The notes below the pieces were generated by a model. It worked only from the letters and a program-made list of their open reading frames with translations. It ran no database searches and had not been told where the DNA came from. Positions 11,908 through 20,000 of a stretch of DNA of 20,000 nt are shown piece after piece. Both the position numbers and the translations under genes were made by a program. The stretch covers positions 46,872 to 66,871 of the forward strand of contig JNEM01013031.1 in assembly GCA_000697335.1 (NCBI GenBank). The letters run 5' to 3'. The first letter of the stretch is position 1, and every line of letters starts with the position of its first letter. The stretch is from Conidiobolus incongruus B7586 (taxonomy: Eukaryota).

Positions 11908-13175
11908 TAATACTAAAATTTACTATATCAGTAATTTTGGTTGATCATCAAAAAAATAAAAATTGCAAACATGTTGCATTGTCTGACCTATCAATAGCAT
12001 TTCCTTCTTCATGATCTAATACTGGAATATTGGTCTAGCAATAAAATCAACCATTGGAAAGGTAAAAAATACAGAATTCAGACCAATATATCACATATTT
12101 ACAATTATCTGTAAAATGGTTGTCTAAAGCCAAGTAAATCTGAATACTCACTCTTTTTAAGAAACTTTTAGAGTAGTGAAAATAGTTTTTTGAACCATGT
12201 TGAAGAATATCAAATCATGTACCATCTTGAAAGTAATTTCTGCCATTTGGGAATGGATATAAAATTTGAAATGTGGATAATACAGGCTAATTCTGTTAAC
12301 TAAAATAGCGTTGCCACTGCCTACAAAAGTAAATAAATTTTCCGCATCAATGCTTGTATATAAATTAAAAACATGTAGCTGCACTCCCATTATACTTTGG
12401 ACATTACTGACACTATTTAATATTTCATGAATATAACCATTTCTTGTCTTCAGTAGATACAGTCCATCTACTTAATCTGAATAATATCATAATACTATAA
12501 TCATTTATTAATTCTGGTTTATCCCCTTCCTCACTTTCAAACTCAAAAAGTATTTCAATCAATGTAAACATATTCCCCAATAATCATCGATTGACAATGA
12601 AACGTCAATTTCCAATTCAACAAAATTTATATGTTTAAATTTGTCATTAAAAAAAAATCTCAATTTTTCATCGTATCTCGAATTGATAGTTCTTTATAAA
12701 TTGAGAAAATTGGCTTAAATACAATTAATTCAAATATAATTATGGTTCCAATTCAACATAAATTTTAAAATGATTGAATAGACATTAAATATACTATCAA
12801 AATCCCAAATTTTTTATTGTCAAAAATATAGTCAATTTCGAAATTTGTGACAGATTTTTGGTGCACAGTATTTCACATTAAAACCAAAATTTTCATAGAT
12901 ATTATTTTAAAAATTTATTGATTTTATTGAGTATTTAATTAATATTTTAGTATTTAAATGATTAATAGGTCTATTTGAATAATATAATTATGTCGAATTG
13001 AAATAATATGATTTCAGACAACTCTTCATATAATCAAATATCAATCATTTCAATGGATGAAGGAAATCCATATTGATTCCAATATATTTTGATATTGAAT
13101 TCACAAAAATTTGGACATAGAGTGGATATAGTTTTTGAGTCACAACTACAGGCTTATACTATAACTTACTAAAAC

Positions 13176-13205
13176 ATATAATATAATATAATATAATATA
13201 ATATA
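13176..13205. repeat. (ATATA)6 pentanucleotide microsatellite
   Basis: Direct reading of the tandem repeat. Confidence 0.9.
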
Positions 13206-15030
13206 ATAATAAGGAATACTATCTTTTTATTAATTATAAATATAAGCTCTTAGTATAAAACTTGCAGTATAAAGAAATAATCGATCCTCAATCACAGATT
13301 TCAATTATTTAGTATATTTTATATGATCAGACCGATACCAACTGCCGGAAATTCTATTTTGGGTTTGATAACAGATTATAGGATATCGAAAAGTTGGTAT
13401 ATAATCATTACATTATACGTTTTGATTAATAGCATAGCAATTACCCTCAAAGAATTCATATATATATATATATATAATATGGATATTTTTAAACAATATC
13501 AAAATTTTATCATAATAATAATGAAAATGGTTCCTGATATCTTTGTAAATTGAAATACAATTAAATCCAAATGGTCAAAATTTCAAATTTGTTAATTCAT
13601 ATTGAAATTTTAATAAGTTAATAATATGATCGAAAACATATAAAAGCAATATTTCAATATCATTTTTAATTCAACACGTTCAAGTTGATAAAACTTTGGA
13701 AGTATATAAATTATAGAATTTTAATTATTATTGATAATTTGTTAAAATAAATTTATTCCAATAATATTACACTTCAATATTTTATCCATATAACTTTTCT
13801 ATAATTATCATGGATATCTTACAAATATTAACATTTAATATCACATTGTTTTTATCTTATCAAAGAGCATTAAATCTAAAGCCACCGAAATAAAATTAAT
13901 ATTAATCATAAGTATTATGGAATTGAAATCAACCTCCAGATTGATCGTAGCTACAATAAATTATATTTATCATATTTGACTCGTCCCAAGTAATATACAG
14001 TGTTTTACATTTCCTCAAGTTTATCAGTGGATGTTAATATTCGAAATGAATATAGTCACCATTGTAACTATATGAAGCTGTTTGATTATATGTCACCAAA
14101 TTAAGAAAATTTCAAATTTTGGGCTATTTGCTTGTTAGTAATATGTATTCCTATAGATATAATCTATTTCTATGGTGCTGTTAACAGATATATTCAACCT
14201 ACTATTAGCCGTATGATATGTTTTCCATTTTTAAATCTGGATTGGATTTCATCCATAATGAATTGTATTATCCTTTTATTATTAATAATCTGTTGTTAAT
14301 AATTACATATTACTAATTTGCATTGGATTTCAAAGTGAATCAGCAACAGAATGAGAACTGAAGTCCAATCCAATCAGGATTATTAATAATTTTTAAAAGC
14401 CAAAAATTTAAAATTATTATACAATTAATCATTGATTTGATATTATTCAACGGGAATTTTATGTTGATAAATATTTCTCTACTTTAAGATATATTATTAG
14501 GTATAAAAGTCCTCCAGTTAATGAGGCCATTTCTTTTGGTTTGATTCAAACTATCATCGCCTTGAATGCCGTTTAACTATTACCTTATACTTAAGTTGAG
14601 TCATGATTTAATATTATTATTTTGCAAAAAGTTGAACACCAAAATGTTTTTTCTAGATATCTTCGCTGAATAAAAGATATTTATTCTTGAAAATCGAATT
14701 AACTCACCAAGTTGAAAACTTATCCAATGCTACTTACCAGAGTTATATCATTTAAATCGGACCTAGCGTTAGCAAGCACTATTCCAAGACGCTTCAAAAT
14801 AATCGAGCAATATTGCAAAATCCTTAACGTAAACTAAAAATGTGAGTGTTTTTGATTGCTATAAAATTGCAATAAGTATAAAATTCAATTTTTAAATGTA
14901 TAATATACATATTCTTCAGATTGATATTTAAGATATGCTTTTATCAATTGTTTAAATATGCATATATAAATTTCAATAAATTTCATAATTGTTAATTTGA
15001 GAATAGCTTTATAATCAAATTCATAAAAAA

Positions 15031-16456
15031 TTATGGAATTCGCAATGGATGAGCTTCGGTATTGAACACCCACTGATTCAAATCCAAGACACTATCCTTA
15101 GAGAAGATGAGATATAGATATTTCAAAGTTTCGGCTAGGAAGAAGCTCTCCATAATGTCGACTTGTTGTCCGCTCTTGTCAAGGTTGTTCACGTCGCCAT
15201 AACATGCGAATGCTGTGTTGGTGCGACTGTACTTTTCTAAGGCAACGAAAATGGACCAAGCTTTGTCGCGGTATTCTTTGCGATGGGTAAAGCGCCACGA
15301 ATAGAAGAGAGATTCGAGGAGTTCAGGGCGTAGGTAGTTAAGGCTGTTGGTGAATTCCAATGGACGGTTGCTGTGCCAGCGTACATTGTCAGGAGCTAAT
15401 CCAGTCTTGGCTTGGGCATAGAATTGGTAGCCAGTTTCTGTGAGGTCGAGACCAAGTTGAGAATTGTCTTTGGTATTGAGGATGAAGTCACCGTATTGGA
15501 GGAGTCCTCCCATGAATAGGGATAAATGATCCATAGTTTGTTCGAAATCACCATTGCCATTAAGTCTTCCAAAGTATTTGAGACCGTTGTGACCGGTGCG
15601 CACCAAAGTCTTGAAGCCTTCGACGGATTCCAAGTACATGCGCTTCCATTGACCGTTTTCGCCATTGGTCAAAGCGTACAGCTTGATCAAATATTCGTAG
15701 AAACTATCACCAGCTGCGCCAAAGGTCACTTCCTTAGTAACAAACCTTCCAGTGTTAATATCTAACCAGATTGGGTAGAGACCCTTTTGAGCCTTAGGAA
15801 GCTTGTCCAATGTATCAAAGACCTTCTGAGCTGCCCTAGCATATTTAGGGTCCTTAGTAATTTGACTTAACCTCGTAAATTCCAATTGAACAGTTCCAAT
15901 TTCTGCCAAGTTCACGGTATTACCACTAGCAGGACGGTTGTCGCGAAAATCAATAGCACCATAAGGGTACCCTGATGGTGAATTAAACATGAGCATCATT
16001 TTGTCTGCTAAAATCTTAGCTTTTTCCAGTAGTATAGATTCGTGGGAAAGATCATAAGCTGATATCAGACCTCCAAGGTATCTGATATTGGTTTCAAAGG
16101 TGATTACAGGACGATCGGTCTTTGTAAAGTCAACATCATCCACTCTAGCGACAGCTTCGTAGAATTCTTCTTTAAGGTCCATAAGCCAAAGAGTTGACAA
16201 CGAATCAACGATTGTTACACCCCAACCCTGAAAACGATCAGATACACTACGATTAGAGATAGGTCTGACTTCGTCGTGGCCCCAAGCGTACTTTTTGTAG
16301 CCATTCCAAGCGTGTAAAAAAGCGTGCTTAAGGGTTCACATCAGTCTTCCGGTGGTAGAAGATTTCGAGAAATTTATAGGTTGCAGGACTTGCTGCGACT
16401 TGATTGAAATTGGCTAAATTGATAAAAGAAAATAATACAAGATTTTTTAGTATCAT
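15031..16456 (-). CDS. Class I alpha-1,2-mannosidase GH47 (gene B), with a 5' frameshift near 16330
   Basis: The catalytic frame is open from 16335 to 15031, extending the ORF-track call upstream with KHAFLHAWNGYKKYAWGHDEVRPISNRSVSDRFQGWGVTIVDSLST, and all GH47 motifs are intact. The likely start ATG at 16456 encodes signal-peptide-like MILKNLVLFSFINLANFNQVAASPA...HRKTDVNP but hits TAA at 16330-16328, one base out of frame with the catalytic domain. Confidence 0.85.
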
Positions 16457-17134
16457 TCCTATTATGTGACTGTCAAAACTGATAATTTTTATTTTTAAAT
16501 TGAATTAAGTATTCAAAGTTGAATTTATGTCACTTGATTCATTTTTTTAAATTGTATGGGATATTTTACATTTTTATGGCATGATATTAGGCGATGATGT
16601 AATCACTATATTGATTAATATTACAAATTTAAAATAAAATTATTGAACATGAGGGATTAGTTTAAAACCCTGAATATTATCATATCATCATTCAATTATA
16701 TCATTTTAGACAGTTATTGAACACTAGATTTTAAAAAAAATTAGCAGTATTAGGTATTTAATAAATTTTAAATAGTTATCTCCAATACAATTTGGTTGTA
16801 TTCATCAATTATTCAATTTCTATCCATACAATACTTTACTAAAAGCATCAATATATCACTTAAATTCTTTAGAAATAACAATAATAATATTAGTTAATAT
16901 AAAGTATTATTAACTTGAGTAAAATATTACTCCCTATATATTTTGTCCATTAGCCCTTTGAATTAGCTGTAATAAGTCTTGTTAATGGTATATTAAATTA
17001 GATTTATCTAGTCAATATTCTGGTGATATACTAAAATACACTTTGTTTTTTGAGAGAATTAGAAAATTACTAATATCTAAAATGATTTATGTCAATTGAA
17101 ATTTTTCAAAATATTACTGATGATTTTTCAGAAT

Positions 17135-17137
<3 letters not shown>

Positions 17138-17171
<34 letters not shown>
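17138..17171. repeat. (AT)17 microsatellite
   Basis: Perfect dinucleotide run. Confidence 0.95.
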
Positions 17172-17173
<2 letters not shown>

Positions 17174-17665
17174 ATTATTTATAAGATATCATTTAAGCGA
17201 AAACAAGGATATTTTGAATAATTATTTATATAAATTATGTAACATATTTTTAATTTCTTAAAATTAAAGATTTTGTAATTATGATTTCGATTCAATAAAT
17301 TGCAAATAAATTGATCAAGTTGATGTTATCAATATATAATGTTAAAATAATGATATTAATTACATGATTTGTATTAATAAATATAAAGAATAGTATGATT
17401 AAATATAGTTTAAATTTCAAAAAGTATATAAATAGATAAATTATATGCAAAATAAAATAGAAAGGGAAGATTTAATAAATTAGAAATATATATTGAATAT
17501 AAAGTTGAGTGGAAAAGAGTAAAAAAGAAATATGATATAATAGAGTGATAAAATAGAATAATATAAAAATATGATTAAAAAATTGAATGATTGTAAATGA
17601 ATTGTAAAAATTTGAATTCAAATATTCTTTAGTAAATTTAAAGGGTAGTAAAATGTTCCAATTAA

Positions 17666-17738
17666 GCTGTCGTTGTGTAGTGGTTATCACATCTGCTTTA
17701 CACGCAGAAGGTCCTCGGTTCGATCCCGGGCGATAGCA
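17666..17738 (+). tRNA. tRNA-Val(TAC)
   Basis: 73-nt cloverleaf. Acceptor stem GCTGTCG/CGATAGC plus discriminator A, D-arm GTGTAGTGGTTATCAC, anticodon arm TCTGC-TTTACAC-GCAGA (TAC at 17699-17701), T-arm CTCGG-TTCGATC-CCGGG. No encoded CCA and no intron. Confidence 0.97.
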
Positions 17739-17740
17739 TA

Positions 17741-17748
17741 TTTTCTTT
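17741..17748 (+). terminator. Probable RNA polymerase III terminator
   Basis: TTTTCTTT immediately downstream of the tRNA gene. Confidence 0.6.
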
Positions 17749-18026
17749 ATTCGTAATATATATTCAATTCAATATTCTTTATATATTTTTAAAATTTATA
17801 TTATGTTGAAAATATTCTAATTGAACTTGGTATTATAAAATAGATAATGCACAATTATAAGTGATTCCAAATATTATTATAATATATTTCATCAATTTTC
17901 AAGTAAATTTTTCTAATAATTTTAATATAATCAGTTAGAATATCAATATTTTTAAAGCCTGGTAATGAAAAATGGCTAAAAAATTATAATATAATACCAC
18001 TAATATTTCACCAACAATACTACAAC

Positions 18027-18653
18027 ATAGAAACTGTCACCAGCAGTTCTAATTGTGACAATCTTAACCGCAAATTGGCTTTATTAACATTCAATGAGAT
18101 GGGAGAGTTCAGTTGTTTCTATACAGTATCTTCATTAGCAGGTTTTTGGTACAGAAATCGTCTGCACCCCATGGATAGCCAGAAGGAGAATCAAATATTA
18201 CCATTATCGATATCATCTTATCAGCAACCAAAAATACAAGCTCTCCAGATAACCGTAGGCACTGATTAATTCTTTCAGTTATTTTATGTTGATCTCGAGT
18301 GTAATCACAGTAAGATTAGGATTGGTGGAATCCGCATTTCTTATTTTAACAACTTTTCACAGAATTCGTTCTTCAGATCCATGAATCATAAGATGGAAAG
18401 AGAATCAACAATGGTCACGCTCCATTCCTGGAAACTGCCATTCACTTTTGCCTTACTAATTGGACCGACTTCATCAGATCCTCAAGCAGTCCTTATAACC
18501 TTCCCATTCGTGGAAGAACGCTATCTTTAGCTTCCCCTTGAACAAATGTAGATATCCGAATCAAGTAAGTAAGTTGTATTTTATTATACAACTCTGTAAA
18601 CATCATTTGAATCAATAAAGTTAATTTATTATGAGATTTTCTAATTCCAACAT
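18027..18653 (-). pseudogene. Truncated GH47 alpha-1,2-mannosidase pseudogene (psi3, gene-B-like)
   Basis: The minus strand from 18527 gives KIAFFHEWEGYK, A*GSDEVGPISKAKVNGSFQEWSVTIVDSLSIL*FMDLKNEF, VITLEINIK*, ELISAY, FDSPSGYPWGADDF, then an internal deletion and KIVTIRTAGDSFY (ends ~18027). The C-terminal half is not recognisable. The start at ATG 18653 is tentative. It is not in the ORF track. Confidence 0.88.
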
Positions 18654-20000
18654 GTTATATCTTGATAAAATCATGTATGAAAATAAAAATTAATATCGCA
18701 TTTTTCGTAATATCATATTCCAATTGGACACTTTTATTTGATGATAACATAGTTATATTTTAATATGATTGGGTTTGTAAATATTTCTTTCAGATAAAAG
18801 GTGTAAACTTCAATGAGTTAAATTTGAATATGCGGTACTGTTTAATCATGGTAAACTTAACAAATACTCTTCATCATATGATCAAATCTTTGAAATATAT
18901 ATGTATCATTGAATTTGATTAAAATATAGATTATAAAATTTATCCAAACTTTTATACTAAAATAATATATTTATCATTTTTATTTAATAAAGTATTCCTT
19001 TGATAGTTTATGCATGTAAATATTCATTATATATGAAATAAAATTTTTGTTGAAATAAATTGATATTACATTATTCTTAATCCAAAGTTGAGATAAAAGT
19101 CAGAATGCAAGTTTATCGTCTTTGTGTTTTATTTAATTAAAATTTAACTAAATAACTTTGGAAATTAAGATTAATATATAGTGATAAAACCAATATAATG
19201 TAGAGGAAGACTTAACTTAATGTTAAGCAAATGAGTCAATATTAATATATTAGATTCTATATTAAATAGTATCAATAAAATATAGTATTGATATATATAT
19301 AGTCTCAATATTAAAAATAGTGATAATAATTAGAATAACCATATTTATTATAATAAAGCATGGAATTTGTATATAAGAAATTTGAGAACTAGGCTTTTAA
19401 CATATATAGTTATATCAAAAGAGCTGTTGCTTAAAGTATTAAAATATTAAGGTCATATGTATTAATTCGCTTGGTATTTTTCATTGGGCTATATATTAAG
19501 TTAAAGATGCGTTAACCATTAAAAGTTGAAAAATATCAAATTACACAGATCATATTAATTTCAAAATTACTTATCTTTAAAGTTTTTGAATTATGTTTAA
19601 TATTCAATATTAACAATTCAAATGTATCACCAAAATACCTAAAACATTGCCTCAATCTAATTATTTGAATTTATCTAGATTTAAAAAGTTCTTACTTTTA
19701 TTATTAATACTATCACATCAATATATTTATTTAATTATTGGATTTTTTGAAGGAGTAAATTTAAAATTTGATTGTATTCTTAATACTATTTCAAATACTA
19801 AGTCTATCTTTAAAATAGTTCAAGAAAAATATATTACATATTTAATGTTTTTACAAAATATAAAAAATTAAATAACTCAATAAAATCAAGTTTTTCATAG
19901 ATATAATATACATTTGATTAATATAAAATATAGTTAAACATTCCAAAAACTGTTATATTAAAAAAAATATTTAAAGTATATTTTATAATTTTTAATAAAT

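Noticed and set aside
13323..13553. 76-aa ORF (also 5420-5614 and 14885-15073)
   Set aside because: Low-complexity AT-rich ORFs, one spanning a TA microsatellite, with no recognisable domains.
15396..15765. Short ORFs overlapping gene B (also 8561-8800 in gene A and 4825-5055 in psi1)
   Set aside because: Alternate-frame or antisense shadows of GH47 coding sequence with no independent motif.
16327..16339. 13-nt GT...AG segment whose removal would restore the gene B frame
   Set aside because: Too short for a spliceosomal intron.
17472..17690. Hydrophobic 72-aa minus-strand ORF
   Set aside because: It begins antisense within the tRNA gene, and its F/I/L/Y richness reflects AT-rich low-complexity DNA.
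18075..18269. 64-aa plus-strand ORF
   Set aside because: Antisense to GH47 psi3.
19600..20000. Possible second hypermutated TE (C/G-poor, ORF 19647-19871)
   Set aside because: No convincing transposase motif or terminus could be reconstructed, and the region runs off the window edge.
1..20000. CRISPR array or prokaryotic operon/defence system
   Set aside because: There are no regularly spaced repeats or operon structure, and the gene density and features are eukaryotic.

Overview
Very AT-rich eukaryotic DNA, probably fungal. The intronless GH47 genes, Pol III tRNA gene, TA microsatellites and TE relics support this, but the taxon cannot be fixed from the sequence alone. The window is dominated by five class I alpha-1,2-mannosidase (GH47) copies: pseudogene 1 (+, ~3.9-5.1 kb), intact gene A (+, 7396-8823), pseudogene 2 (-, ~9.06-10.4 kb), gene B (-, 15031-16456, catalytic domain intact but a frameshift separates it from its signal-peptide frame) and pseudogene 3 (-, ~18.0-18.65 kb). 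An apparently featureless AT-rich block at 10865-11907 is an internally deleted mariner (DD34D) transposon with TIRs and TA flanks. Its conserved motifs differ from the family consensus almost only by C>T and G>A transitions, a RIP-like or methylation-deamination signature. Also present are a tRNA-Val(TAC) gene, a candidate solo LTR and a few faint gene relics. All alignments were done by eye.
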